NCBI GenBank assembly: GCA_030704615.1
Contig: CM060733.1
Location: 11,780,001-11,844,000, forward strand
Direction of reading: 5' to 3'
DNA length: 64,000 nt
Source: Takakia lepidozioides
Lineage: Eukaryota; Plantae; Bryophyta
The notes below the pieces were generated by a model. The model was not told the DNA's origin and did no database searches. It saw only the letters and a list, made by a program, of their open reading frames with translations. The position numbers were made by a program, and so were the translations under genes. Positions 25,401 through 38,679 of the stretch are shown in pieces. Within the stretch, counting starts at the first letter, position 1. Every line of letters begins with the position of its first letter.

Positions 25401-26700
25401 AAATCTAGCGAAATGTCAGGCCAAAACTTTTTGTAAAATTCCACAGGGACTCCATCCATCCCTGGACATTTCCCATCTTTCAGCTTGGATAGGGCCAGTT
25501 CAAGCTCCTCTTCCGAGAGAGGCCCTTCCAGTGCCTCGGCCACAGGTGGGGCAATGAGAAGTGGGGAGTGAGCCAGGCAAGCATTGAGTGTGGCTGTTGC
25601 TACAGGCCTGTCACTCTCAAAGAGGGTCTGAAAGTGGCTGGCAGCGAATGTAGCCATGGGTTTGGGGTCTGTGAATGACTGCCCCGAGGCCCGGTTAGCT
25701 AGTTTAGATATTGTCTGCCTTTCTCTACTCATCTGCTGACTGGCTGCCCCCACTGCTTTGAGCTTGGCCATGAACTTATCTGATGGGTTTTGGGAGACAG
25801 TCCCAGCATGAGACCAAGTTGTCTGCAAGCCTTGTGTGAACTCTGGGATGTGTAGCAGAGAGGCATTCATTTTGTAAAGACCCTTGCCCCTTGGGCGAGT
25901 GTTTGGATATCCAATGAAGCCTCAATGACGGCGTGATCAAAGCCGGGGTGGATGGGCTGTTGGGGCAGCCTCCGAGACCATTGGATACAGTCCAAGGAGG
26001 CCAAGAATCTGTCCAATCTAGCCATCTGGAGGTCCACGAGAGCTCTGTTGTTTGACCAAGTAAAGACTGGGCCAGAGGGGGGCATAGGCCGCCGATTTGC
26101 CACTTCTATTTCCACCAAATTGTGGTTGAGGGTGAGGGAGTGCCAGTGTTGTGTCTCTACCACGTCTGGGTTAAACTGTCCAAGACCCCGCCTGTCAGTA
26201 GGAGACTCAACCATATTGAAGTCCCCTGCCAACACCCCGAAATCTATGTCATGTTTCAGTTCCATATTGGTATTTATGGATCCCAGAGTTGTGCCCTCTC
26301 TGCTGGCGAGTTTGGAGCATAAATATTAATTAACCCCAGCCGGCCTCCTTTGGCTGGAAGGTCTATGGCACAGTACTGAACTCTGCCTGGAACCCATGAG
26401 CCTTCCGAGACTGTATATTGAAAGAAGGATGGGGAAACCAAGATGGCGGTGCCTCCTCTGGAACCTTCGGAAGTTGGTTTCTAGAAGGAGTTTGCCCGTG
26501 GCCAGAGATTATCTGAGAGAGAAGCAATTTTCCCTAAATCGAGTTTGTGTTCTTGTAGGAAGAGAATTGTTTCTTTTCGAAGGTAAGGGGATAGAAAACT
26601 CTTAACGTTAGCGTGCTTAGGGGAAGCACTATCCGCCCCAAGGCCCCTGATGTTCCAAGAGGCCATGTCAAAATTTGGAAAAATTTCCTGAGAAGTGCGT
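22440..26700 (-). mobile_element. L1/Tx1-clade LINE, ORF2 only (EN-RT-zf), frameshifted
   Basis: APE motifs SWNIRGL, FLQEHK, GDFN, RLDRF; RT motifs PGMDG, NYRPITLLN, VRQGC, YVDD; C-terminal C..C....ETHEHCLL.C. Boundaries approximate; no ORF1 upstream. Confidence 0.92.
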
Positions 26701-26779
26701 AATTGCTCGAAAATTATGAAAAACACCAAAATGTCCAAATTGTGAAAAACACAAGCTAAGAGAAGTAGGGTTGTGCCAG

Positions 26780-27466
26780 ATGTTTAGGTATAGGAAAAAA
26801 AAACAATAAAACAGGTTAAAGAAAACAGTTGGAAAGGTTTAGGGTTTAGTACATACAGCCTTCACATTCTTTTATCACATATCAAACATTATGTTTTAAA
26901 AAAAAGAAAATTACCTCAACAATAGTTTTTGAGGGAGGTCAAAAACAATTATTGAGATAACAAGTTTTTTTTAGAGAACAGGGGGATGCCCTGGATGAAT
27001 TTTATTGAAGGTTATTTGAAGGGAAAAAATTAAAACCCTTAGAATGCCTGCAGGCTGCCATAAGGCGTGTTCACACGGCAAGCTGTGTTGGATGACCCTC
27101 GATCAATAAGTGAGAAATGGTAACATCTATTTTCAAGACCATTATGTTTTTTTTAAAAGAAAATTTGAGGGAGGTCAAAAACAATTGTTGAGATAACAGT
27201 TTGTTTTTAGAGAACAGGGGGATGCCCTGGATGAATTTTATTGACGGTTATTTGAAGGGAAAAAAATTTAAAACCCTTAGAATGCCCGAAGGCTGCCATA
27301 AGGCGTGTTCGCACGGCAAGCTTTGTTGGATGACCCTCGATCAATAAGTGAGATACGGTAACATCTAATTTCAAGCCCACTATGTTTTTTTAAGAGAAAA
27401 TTACCTCAACAATAGTTTTTGAGGGAGGTGCCTAACAATTGTTCATTATTTATCCAGGGTCGACTG
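26780..27466 (-). mobile_element. Partial pogo/Tc1-like MITE (same family as 32135-32562) with an internal about 240-bp tandem duplication
   Basis: One TIR TTATCCAGGGTCGACTG|TA at 27450-27468; 26800-26865 resembles the reverse complement of about 32395-32465; 26887-27140 is repeated at 27141-27430. Confidence 0.7.
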
Positions 27467-27494
27467 TAATACATGCCGAATGTTTGGAAATTAC

Positions 27495-28304
27495 CAGTGT
27501 TGGGCGGTTACCCGCGGGACCCAGGTTAACCGCCGGTTCAGGTTCAGGTTAACCGGAACCGGGCCCATTCCTACAGAACCTGACCCAGAACCGGAACCCA
27601 CCAATGGGGATCGGCGCAGAACCGAACGGGCGGTTCCTGCTGGGTGTGAGAACCGGAGAACCGGGGCACAGGGCGGGGGGTAAAAACAAGTTCCGGTTCT
27701 TGACCCCTTGGTGGGGCTGGTGGGCCCAGGGCAAAACTTATTTAATGCTCTCAAGCTCCTGAGATCCTGGGTTCAATGCTTGAAGGCCATGTTCAATGCT
27801 TCAGCGCCAGGAGATCTTGGGTTCAATCTCTAGCTGCATGATATCCTGGCTAAGTTCATTAATAAAATGTTTGAAGATGCCAATACTTGCCAGGTAGCTG
27901 AATAGTACTTTCAACCCATAAAATTTTACCCATTTTCTTCTACAAGTTTATTTAGAGTATTTTATTTTTTATTTTTTATTTTTGTGTTAGTGAAAACTAA
28001 CAAAATCATTGGATTTTAGTTCAAATATGTGAATACACTGCTATTTAATCTACCGGACTGATAAAATATTTTAAATCTAATTAAATTAAACAATTGTTTT
28101 TAAAAAATAGAACCGGAACCGATGGTTTTTATCAGCAACTAACCGGTAGCCAGAACCGCCCCCATGTTTAAAAGTTGGATCCGGAACCGGACCGGAACCG
28201 GCTCAATAAAAAAAAACCGGAACCGGATCCGGAACTGTCTCTTGAAATAATTGTGGAACCGGAACTGAAGGTTCCTTCACAAATGCAAGAACCGCCCAAC
28301 ACTG
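27495..28304. mobile_element. Non-autonomous hAT element, 810 bp
   Basis: Perfect 15-bp TIR CAGTGTTGGGCGGTT, 8-bp TSD GAAATTAC (27487-27494 and 28305-28312), dense subterminal AACCGG motifs at both ends. Confidence 0.93.
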
Positions 28305-28425
28305 GAAATTACTTAGGTGAGGTGCCTAAATAATAATAAACGAATCTGCCTAATAATATTCCATTTTTATTAATTATTAGGCCCCGGAAGTGCCTAGTAA
28401 GCTAGGACAGTACGGTACTCGGTTG

Positions 28426-31400
28426 GGACTGCACTTACACGCTCGAACAATCTGCAGTTCAAACTCCTAAGCTAAGATCATACAATATAGATATAAACAT
28501 TGCCTTCCTTTGGGCAATCCTTGTCTTCCTGGAGGTACAAGGAATATAGGAAACCATCTAAGGATTGAATGTCTTGTTGCTCTCAAATTATACAGACTAA
28601 ACATGTTGACGTGCGGGTTTTTTCGCCGGAGCAAGAAAATGAAGGCCTGTTTTTCAGATGGGGCTGGACGAATGTGAGCGAGCGAGGCAGAGGCAGCTTA
28701 CCTTCCCCCTCGGCAGGCGTCCAGTCTGCCACAGATTCTGATCTGGCGCTCGGGGATCCTTGTAAGTGAGAGTCTTTCTGTGTGTTGCATACGGGGAAGT
28801 TATTTTTGCTGAAGTTTGCCTACCTGGGTTGGGCTTCAGGGGATCTGTATATAAATGAGTCGATTGGACTCCTTGGTCTCACCTTCTAGAGTCTCGTTCT
28901 CTTCGGGGTGCTTGTAAGGGAGTATCGGGAAGTTTACAAGTCGATTGCTCATTCTTCGGGATACTCACAGGTTACAGTTGCTTTGATGTTCGATTGCTGT
29001 CGTCATTTCGCAGGTGTTTGATTGTCCAGATTATCACAAGCTAGAACTGCCTGTTGTTGAACCTCACAGACCGGAGTTTCTTATTTCCGATTGTTTACAT
29101 TCTTAAGGGTGCTTTCCATCAGTTTGTGACCCGCTAGATTTGCGTATTGTTGGATATTTTCAGTCTAGAGTGGATCTCCTCAGCAGTCTAACAAGGCAAG
29201 CGGCTTGTTCTCATAGGAGGGTGTGTTTTGCTCAGACCCTCAGAAATTCTGCACTTGGCTGAATCTTTGTGTACCCCAAAGAGAACCATTTTTGCCATTT
29301 CTGTTCCACAAGAAAATACATATGATCTGGCTGAGGCCCTCTCCTAGCATGGGAAGAAACTGTCTGAGAGCATACAGAAAGTCTGCCTGGCCGAAGACAA
29401 AACGAAGATTAGTGTTGGGTGGTTGAATAAATATCACAGGAAGGAAACAAATGTAATGAAAGCAAAAAGTTGCACAAATAGCCGCAGTTTCAATTGCAAC
29501 GTCAGTTGCGGCATTTAGTACTGAGGGCTTGCTCAAGCTGGCTCGCCTTCTTGCTCCATGCCTGCTTCTGCAAGTCTCTTTCCTGCATACAGACAATTTA
29601 TGTCAGTGCCAATATCTGGATGGCCTATGAAGGACCCCTCAACCACTCAGGCATTGTCATCAATGATCCCAATCGACATCGAAGCTAGGGATTAGTGTCG
29701 AACTTCTGACTTTTTACTCAAAATTGGATGCTTCAATGATGCAAAGGGCTCAAGAAAATGTGTTGCAATCCCAAATGGCTACAACAAATGGACCTGTCTT
29801 CCATTTTAGTAAATTCTAGCTTGCACACATTCCTAACTAACTGAAGTTAGTTAAGACATCTGTATGCTCTTTTTACAGAGAGGGTTTGGAAATCACTAGG
29901 TTGTATCATTAGTCGACCAGCATCTGCTGGGTACCTTTTGAATTGCACCAATGCATGCTCCTGAGAGCTCGTCTGCCCAAATTTTCCCCTTTTGAGAAGG
30001 CTCTATACCTTCCCTGCAAGTTCCCTGAGCCTGGCAATGCAGGACCGCATTCGCTGCATCGATACCTGCTCCACCGGTTACATGGTTAGTGTTTTTTCGT
30101 CCAGCCACGGTGTGTAAAAGCTGCTTGTACGTGATCATCATGAGTGATATATCAAGTCTGCAAGAGGCTGTATCTGCGCTTGAGTGTCATTCTCCTATGC
30201 TGTTGGAGGAGAGACACAAAGAAACTTCCTAATGTCCACAGGAAGCTCAAAGAGAATTAAAGAATGAAGGGAGAGACAATTGAGGCATCAGACCTTGTCA
30301 ATCCTTGCCATGTCACCATACCAGGCTTCAAGTCACTCCTTTCATAGGTGACGTGAATGTCTTAAGGTGTACTGAAGCCAAAACAACAGTGATTCAAAGA
30401 AAGGAAAAAAAAGGCAGATTAAAACGAAGACAATGGACCAAGATTTACCAGAATAGTAAGCACCATGGACGTAGCCATTGTATTTTTCACTGGTGTGCTC
30501 CCCACTGAAGTAAAGCTTCCCAACTGGAGCCTGCAACGAGATAAAGAAGGAAATCTGTAAATTCAAGAAAAGAGATTGGGTGCAGACGTGGGTTATTGGA
30601 CTATTTTGCATGTCCCTACATCTCCTCGGGAAATTCCAGCAACAAGCAGCAGTTGTTTCACAAAGCACCCATTAGAGATAGGCCTCAAATACAGATGACA
30701 TTTCACACACCACCACACTGGACTCCCCCTGCCGTTTTTAAACAATTTAGCATGGAAGTTCCTAATGTCAGGCTAACAGCAGGATAAACTGAATGGAGTC
30801 ATTTCAAAATCATTCTCATACTTTTGACTTAGATACAGTTCCGGTTACTTACTGCAAAATGGATGGATATGGATGCTGACAGGCAAGGAGATTGACAAAC
30901 CTGGAGTTGTTGAAACTGGTGCTGGTCGACGCCAATTGGCCAATTAGAGAAAGTCCCACCAAAGAAGCGATTTTTCCACCACCTGGGCACCAGAATATCC
31001 TCCGCTTGTGGTATCTCACCAAACATCTTACGAAGCACCACCATAATCTCTGCTAGTGTTTGATTGTCTGGTTGCTGTTCAATCCTTCGTGACTCATCAT
31101 CTGTCACTGTCACAAAGATAATATTTGAACCTGGGTATTCATTCTCCAGATGCTGTGCACACCAATCACAGACCACCAATTTCGACAAACAACATTATCA
31201 GAGCAAACCAAATAGCCATCAGAATAAACTACATTAAGGGAGATTGGACATTGTAGAGTAAAAAAACATGCGTTCAGATTACGAGATGCTTAATTGGCAC
31301 TCTCAGCTTGTGCCTACCAGTCTAGACAATGTCTGAGCAGCCATGAGGCTCTTAAAACTCATGTCCGTCTCTAGTTGGCCTGGTTACTCTTTCCTCTCGT

Positions 31401-31659
31401 CTCCTGGGATAAAGAAACGTAAGTTTATCCACAAATAGCTAACAAAAACCCATAACAAACCAAGAAGCTGAGACTGAAACCTAAGGGTAAGGTTCTACAG
31501 GCATGTGACTCTCTTGTTAATAGCTGGGATATCAAGGGATTGTCAGTCTTTTGACACCACTCAGTGCTATCTTTCAGTGATTACCCCACAAATCCTTCGC
31601 AGGATCCAACACCATAATTTCTACATCATCATGATGCTCCTATTCAAAAGTACAGGATA
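28426..31659 (+). repeat. Local segmental duplication, copy B (retains PAO 3' exons)
   Basis: Flanks match copy A (16988-18669); homology ends at 31659 inside a PAO intron. Confidence 0.9.
29896..31152 (-). pseudogene. PAO: Polyamine oxidase (PAO1-like) fragment: last three exons
   Basis: Exons 31152-30901 (HLENEYPGSNII..VTDDESRRIEQQ...PRWW.NRF), 30530-30449 ([25 protein letters not shown]) and 30065-29896 (GIDAAN...*), in phase with GT-AG. No upstream PAO exons. Confidence 0.9.
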
Positions 31660-32134
31660 TCAACTCTGCAGTAGCTGAGGCACGTTGTGAAGCGCAGAGA
31701 CGCAGCCCCAACTTTCCTTGACGCATATGCTTGCTATTCTGGGCTAGACACCCAATGCACGATCCTCCTGCAAAGCATAAACCAACAACCATCCAACAAA
31801 CTAGTGAGGAATTGCACAGCTTATCAGCGCTACAATTGCTGAGGACGGTTGGGAAGGTGGTGGGCAGGGAGAGACGCAGCTTCCACCAGCGAACTGTCAC
31901 CAAGGGTGGTGGGTAGTCTGGAAGCCTTGGGAGCACAATCAGCTAATAACTTAACTCAGGGCGGGTATTTCAATGAAGCATCCATCTCTGAACTGACTTA
32001 AGAAATAGCTATGATCACTGATCACTGATCATTGATCAGACGATCAGACCTCTGTAACTTGGAATCCTGGCTACCATAATTGCATGTCAGGGTCCTGCTC
32101 TTCTACATGCACGCCTTTCATGTGTTTTCATATA

Positions 32135-32562
32135 CAGTCGACCCTGGATAAATGTTACCCGCTTTTTTGTTATGTCACCCTTAATGTTATGAAATCTCTG
32201 CTCTGTAAGAATTTACACTTGAAAATGGCATGAGAGCGTTGTTTTATGAAAATATGGCTCTCCTCCTTATGCGGAGCCTTAATATAGTTGGTTTGAGAAA
32301 ACATTCATCCACTCTTATCATTCATCCATGTGTATTTTCAACCATCTAATGAATAAATATTGTATTCTGTTCGATTGAAGAAATACTATAGGCAGTGAGG
32401 ATGTATGTACTATGTACTAAACCCTAAACCAGTCCAATTGTTATTTTTTACCTGCTTTATTGAGGTTTTGGATTTTGACCTCTATTTCTGTTATCTGATA
32501 TATCTACATAAATGTTATAGATTTTCTGCTCTATAGGCATTACAATTATCCAGGGTCGACTG
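32135..32562. mobile_element. pogo/Tc1-mariner-type MITE, 428 bp
   Basis: Perfect 17-bp TIR CAGTCGACCCTGGATAA flanked by TA on both sides. Confidence 0.9.
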
Positions 32563-32752
32563 TAGTACCTTCATTTGGGTCTTATATAGACTGGTCCGGG
32601 CACATGTTCCACAATATCCACTCTCAAGATATAAGGTACGTAAGATCCTTCGATGCAATGAATACCAATGATAACACGCATTCACCAATGGAACACATAG
32701 GAGACATAAAGAACAGAGCATGTGCCCAATTGAGACCCACTCAATGCATTAA

Positions 32753-33767
32753 CCCTGAAGAACTAACCCCAATTTTTGGGTCCACCCCCAAAAATTTGAC
32801 CCTTCCCCACTAAATAATTTATATCTTGAGCTTTCCTCAGGCCCTGTAAAACTGACCGTTCTAATATGTTTCTACCTACCGCAGCTATGACCACAAAAAG
32901 TCTGCTCCAAATCGAACCGCCGGATTGCAAGATTAAAATGTTGAAAGTTGGGCCAAAAACAAATTTCCTATTTGCAATGGGGTAAAAGACAGCTTTTCTT
33001 TTCGAATTTCCCAGCTGTGAAATTTTTTGACATGACACAAACCATAATCTTGTACCTTGCCAGGTAAGACGCCCTGAAAATTTCAGCTTTTTCTGACATG
33101 TTCTCATGTGGGCTGCTTTGTATGGCCAATTTAGTGGGTCAAATTTCTCAATTTCAAAGGGGCAAGCACAAAACTGTATTAGAAAACTCGGCGAAAAGAT
33201 CTGAACCGTTGAATTGTCAATCGCTCCGGTTGTTCTGTATTGGGCAGGTTTTTGTAAGCACAAAAAGCGCCAATCGGAGCGTCCTTTCATATGATTTTTT
33301 CCCCTCCCCATGACTTATCCATGTGCACCTATTTTTGCCTATACTTTTTGGCCGGTAGCCCTAAGGTATGTGGGTTTCGGGGGGTGCCTTTGCCTTTGCC
33401 TGCCAATGGGGGCGCTTTAGGGTGGAGGGAGCGTAATAAAGGGTGTTGGGAGACGCGCCGTCCTGCGCAAGCGGGGAGAGGGGGGGGGTGGTGTGGAATT
33501 TCTCCTTAACCTGACCCTAGTTGACACTTAGGATGGTGGGCAGGTTAGCTGCCCAAAATGGGGCCCAAAACCACGACTGTGGCAGCCTCTATGTGTTCCA
33601 CGTGGCTGGGCCAGGCCCAATGACGAATTGGGAAATGCCACCTCATAGCTGACGCGATCACCTATCCAATGAGCCTAAACATGCCCAAATCAGGCTTAAC
33701 CCCAGTGATAACCAGACACATTTCTAAACCTAACCGACCCAGTTTGGGTTGCTTCGTCCTTTAAGGG
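32753..33767. mobile_element. Possible piggyBac-like non-autonomous element (imperfect TIRs)
   Basis: TTAA|CCCT...AGGG|TTAA; the ends align only loosely beyond 4 bp. Confidence 0.45.
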
Positions 33768-34252
33768 TTAAGCAGAATTCGTGCTGTTAAAAAGCAGAAT
33801 TCATCGCTTGGCTAGGGCAGCACATTACACGCGGGTTTAATGCACCGGACAGCGAGGGGCGATGCATTTACACCCTAATGCACTGCGGTACCTTTTCTTT
33901 TGTTGTACGTGCTTTATGTAGGGGAGGGCCCCATGTGGGCCATTCCCTCTGCTCCCGCCTTGGGGACAGTGCCCTTATATCAAGGAATGCCCTCCACTAA
34001 GAGCCCTCCACTAAGTGCCCTCCCCTAGAGGCATTTGTCCACCGAAGCAACAATTTTGACAAGTTGCCACGTGGTTTGTACTTAAGAGCTTTTTTAAACC
34101 AATCATACTCTTGACATGGGATAAGGTCCCTTGACCAGATTTTCTCCATTGACTTTAACGGACAGAGCCAATAAACATGTTCCAGTCGTCAGGGCACATG
34201 TTCCTTGTGCATGTCCCATTAATGGATGAATGGAGATACCGTCCCTTATCAA

Positions 34253-34886
34253 CCGTTTAGGCATTTTTGCGCCTAATAATTATTAAAAACCAAACAGAGT
34301 GCTTAGGCACGTTTCTCAAACCATTTTTCACATTAGGCATCTTCATGCTATAAGTTTTTTGAATTAGGCACATGAAAAGAGAAAACATATTTTCTTAAGA
34401 AAAAAATAGAAACCCAATGCCCATGGCCCCTTGTCCCATGCCAAGAGGTCCAGCTCAAATCTCCTCCAAGCTTGCACCTAGCCGGCTCCGCATCATAAAT
34501 CCATACTCCATTAGGTTTTTGTACTTAATATGACATTGTGGAGGGGCCTTTCGAAGTTACATGGAGCTCTCTCAAATATATTTGGATTTGTAGGAAGTTA
34601 TTTCCCCACATATATTTGTATTGATTTTTGGTCCATGAAATTTTCATCTTATTACAAACAACATGAGAATAGGCGCTCTCACCACAGATCCACTTTGCAA
34701 CGAGCCAACTTACAGAATTCAACATGCAAATTTAGGGCTGAGTCTGATGAGAGAAAGTTTTTTGTTGGAATTTTTAGGCATTAGGCGCACTTTGGTCCCA
34801 TAATTTTCGTGCAATTAGGCCAAAATTTGAAAAATTCCCAAAACGCGTTAGGCACTTTCAATTTGAATTAATTATCGCCTAAACGG
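34253..34886. mobile_element. Possible MITE with 10-bp TIR
   Basis: CCGTTTAGGC ... GCCTAAACGG with many internal TTAGGCA/GCCTAA motifs; no clear TSD. Confidence 0.45.
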
Positions 34887-34957
34887 ATATAGGAGTCTAT
34901 TAGTATATCACATTAAAAAAACATAGAACTTGAATCTTGAGTGGGTCCAGGGCACAT

Positions 34958-35459
34958 GCCATGGGCTTCATCGAATGGGAAAATATGGGCGGTGATGTTA
35001 GGTGTATTTTGTGGGTCAGTGTCGGCCAACACGCCATGTCTCTTCCTTTAAAAACAATTAAGCGAAAGGGAAGACAAGACGTGGCAATTATTATCTCCAA
35101 ACGAAATTTTGGGATTATAGCCCGTAGCGTAACTTAGTAGGGTTAAGTTAACTTGTTCAAAAGTGACAGACTTGTAACAACAATTAGTTACATGGTACGA
35201 AGGGTCAAAACTTAAAAGTGATGGACGCATGTAATAATTATCTGCTGTTCCGACTTCCGACAGCTCCCATGTATAGGTGAGCCACAAATCCAGGCACTTG
35301 TTATGAGTACCATGTACTTTGACTGACTAGTAATTTAGTGGTGACTGCAGTCTCTGGATTCGCTGCTTACTAGTAGGACTTTAGTAACTTATTAGTAATT
35401 TACTATCGAGTATGTAATATATGAGAGATTTTTTTTCCCCCGTCGAAACTTAGTATGTA
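34958..35459 (+). repeat. Dispersed repeat, copy 2 (possibly Helitron-like, about 34896-35454)
   Basis: Matches 2275-2941. It is preceded by TCTATTAGTATAT (34896), which resembles a Helitron 5' end. Confidence 0.85.
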
Positions 35460-35681
35460 GAAACCGGGAGATGTAGGGGGTTAGCTCCACATTTGCGGTG
35501 AGGGTTAGACTTGGTTTTTCTCAACCTCGGGTTGAGCTGCTTGCTTTGGCTGCTTTTCCCTTTTCGGCTGCTGATTTCCCCTCGTTTTAGATTAAGGGGT
35601 CCGCTTCCTCGCTTTTGCTTTCGAGATTCTCGAGCTCTTTGGGGACCTCCCAAATCGCTATCTTTTCTCTTGCTATGTTAA

Positions 35682-36499
35682 CCTTTAAGTTCCCAAGCGA
35701 CCTGAATGGGGTCACTTTGAATTTGCAGTTCGACCTAATTTTTGCAGATCTTATATGATGGGGCCCACTCCTGAAGCTTTAATGACAAGGGATTTGTCTT
35801 GAGTATGATGAAAAAAACAAAATTAAGAAAAACAAAAGCTACGACCTGCAAAAAATATCTTAGATCTCTCATTAACGTTTTGGGGCCTGAAAAGGGCTTG
35901 TTGACCGCTGACGTGGCAGTAAACAAGCCCAAAACAGATTGCACTCCAAAGGCCATTTTTGGCAGAAAATTAGCAATCTTGGAAAAAACACTTCACCTTG
36001 TGGTGTGTGAGCATTACATACACACATCCACCATTGGCTCTTAAAAATTTTATAGAAAAAAAAGTACCTCATTTGGAGGCACATTTTCTGTTGTCAATTT
36101 TGAGATTTCAACCCCCATGTAATTACATGCAAAGCAACCATAAGTGAAAAAATCAGTTGGACCTGCAATTTAGTGGGGTCATAGCCACTCCACTATTGAT
36201 TTGGAAATGGTGGGTCTTGGGGCGAGCAAAATTGGATAAAGCTAGGTTTGATTGGTCAAAACTAATTTCTTTCTCACTTTTTCTTTGGGAACCTGATATT
36301 TGAGTTCGGCCAACGCTATAATCTCACAATTCCATGGTGGACTGGCTCATTTTTTTGGTATGTCATGCATAAATGAGCTGGGCCCATCTCCATAAGGCTG
36401 GAATCTCTGGATGATTTTTGGTAGGTTTCTAGGAGCAATTTACTGCATCTGGGTACCCAAAATTGGTAAAAAATCAAAAATGGCTTGGGAACTTAAGGG
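35682..36499. mobile_element. piggyBac-like MITE, 818 bp
   Basis: 17-bp TIR CC(T/C)TTAAGTTCCCAAGC (1 mismatch) with TTAA on both sides (35678-35681 and 36500-36503). Confidence 0.8.
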
Positions 36500-37099
36500 T
36501 TAATTCTGCCAGTTTTTGGTTTTCTTAGAGGGTTTCTTTTCGTTCTCCCTCCTCCCTCTCTCCATCTGACCTTAGGTTAGCTGCTTGCCTCCCTGTATTT
36601 TCGGTCTGTTGGTCGGAGAGTTTGTCAGGGTATATTGATCGCGGCTCTTAAGTTTCTTAGTGATGGCGGCCTTCTTTAGATTTTTCTCCTCCTCGTCATG
36701 TTCTCGAGATGCGAGTCTCTTAAGTTCCAGTGCGGTGTCTGATCACAATCCTGCCTCTTAGTGCTCGCATGCTTGGCAACACTAGCTTTGTTTCTGATTT
36801 TTCTGTAGCTCTGTCCGCTTCACAGCTAGTGTCTCTCTCTTTGGTGTTGCAGTCTTTGTTATTTAGCTTCTGCTATAGTTTCACTGTTCGTCTTCTTTGT
36901 GTGGTGAGTTAATCCTTAGTCTGTTGATTTGCTCTTCCGTTCTTTGCTTCGTGTTTCTCTGCCTTCGGTCCTGTGTGCTATGGCTTACCGCAGGGGTAGA
37001 CGCGGGACTTCTTCTTTCAGAGGGCAAGGAAGAGGTTGTAGCTGGGGTTTTCAGTTTGGGTCCTCGGAAGATACCTCTTCCTCTTTTTCCTCGTTGTTG

Positions 37100-37813
37100 G
37101 GGAGAGGCCCCTATAGCATGGCCTCCCCTCCGGATCCGGTGGAAACTTCAACTTGGCCAAATGTTGTTGTCTCAGGATGACCACATTTTGCAGCTTAACA
37201 TGGACACTATCAGAAGTCAGACGTCCAAGCTCTGTAGTCGAGCTGTCCTCCTGCATTTCCCTGGGAAGATAAAATATCGCAATTGGGTTTTCGAGTGGGT
37301 CATTGAGCATCTGGGCGGGGAGGGACAGCTAAGCCGGCTTTTTTGCCTACTGATGGGTAGGGGTTTTCTTGTTGTTATGTTTGAGTCTCAAGACGCAGCC
37401 GCTAGAGCCCTCGCTTTCAAACCCTCATTTGTCTCGGCACAAAGTGCACATCTTTCCATGGTCTCAGGATTGGGGTCACAAGAATGGTGTGACCTGCCGT
37501 CCTAGGGTCATCTCCCTTCCTTATCTTCCTTGTCAATACTTGGTATCTCTCCCGGAGATTAGAGCGGGCTTTGGGGATTATCTTGGATGCTTGCAGCTCA
37601 AGTGTTTTTTACCCAGAGGCTAGCAACACGATGGTGGCACAGATGACTGGGTGGGGCCCTTTATCTAACATTAGCCGTATTGGAGATATCGGGGCTCCCA
37701 AGATAGTGGTTCTCATGCCCAAATCGGCCATTGTCCCAAAGGCGATCAAACTGCCCTCTTTGGTAGCACCTTTCATTTCAGCGGCGTTATTTGAGGAGCA
37801 ACTTTGCAGCTGA
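37100..37813 (+). pseudogene. LINE ORF1 (DUF4283/RRM-like) remnant
   Basis: AVLLHFPG...WV..HL...MGRGFLVVMFESQDAAARAL...IFPW....ISLPYLP is typical of plant L1 ORF1; frameshifted. Confidence 0.7.
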
Positions 37814-38679
37814 TATCTTCAATCCAACCCAGCCCTCTGGAACCAAGAGTCTATAAAGCCCGTACATGTTTTTCTCAAAAAAAACCAAAGCTTGCTTTTA
37901 GAAGAGGAATTATGGGACCCCACCAGCCCATGTTTCTTGTGCTTCTAGGCATCATTCAATGTCAGAGCAAAAACAGTGAGTCCTGTGTTCTTTTATTGTA
38001 ACCCAAAAGCCATAAACAAAACTGTATACAATCTGTAATTACAGAGTAACATGAAGAGGTAGCAGGTTACTTACCTTAGCAGATTGTATGCAAGGGGAAA
38101 AAAAAAAGGGGGGGGGGTTCAGAAAGCCATAGAGGTTCCATAGATTGAGCACATAAAGGCATACAGGGCTTAGAACAAACCAGATGCAAGCTCTGACCTC
38201 TCCCCTACCATGTTGCTTGACAGCATACACATCAGAGCAGCAAATTGTGCTCTGACCATGAAAATAGAGCATATATTTGGTCTGGAAACCCTACTTCCAG
38301 TACCATATTACAATGCAGCGGAAATCATAACCCAGAGTCATTAATAGAATCCATGTGTTCTAAAAAGGCTCACTAATGAACTTGCTGCTTCAACATAGAG
38401 ATAAAGGTTGTAAGCATATCCAGATTGGTCAAGGTAGGGAGGCAAAAATGAGACAGCTCCCAGGATAATCAGCTGATGTCGTTGTCACTTCACTTGCAAG
38501 TTTGTCATCAGATTCAAGCTTCAAAAATCACATTAAGTGAGGACCCTCACCTTGTCCCATCACAAGCCCCTACAAGAACCAACAGGTTAGTGAGAATTGT
38601 GAAACCCCAGGTGAATCAAGTCTCACGCTTTTTATCGTTGTACAACATGAGTTCTAAAGCAAGAATCAATTCTAAACAC

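Noticed and set aside
31660-31990. Candidate 5' exons of PAO copy B
   Set aside because: No PAO-like peptide (for example GxGxxG) in any minus-strand frame.
32415-32432. Interstitial telomere repeat (AAACCCTAAACC; also about 26836-26848)
   Set aside because: Under two units and internal to a MITE family; not an array.
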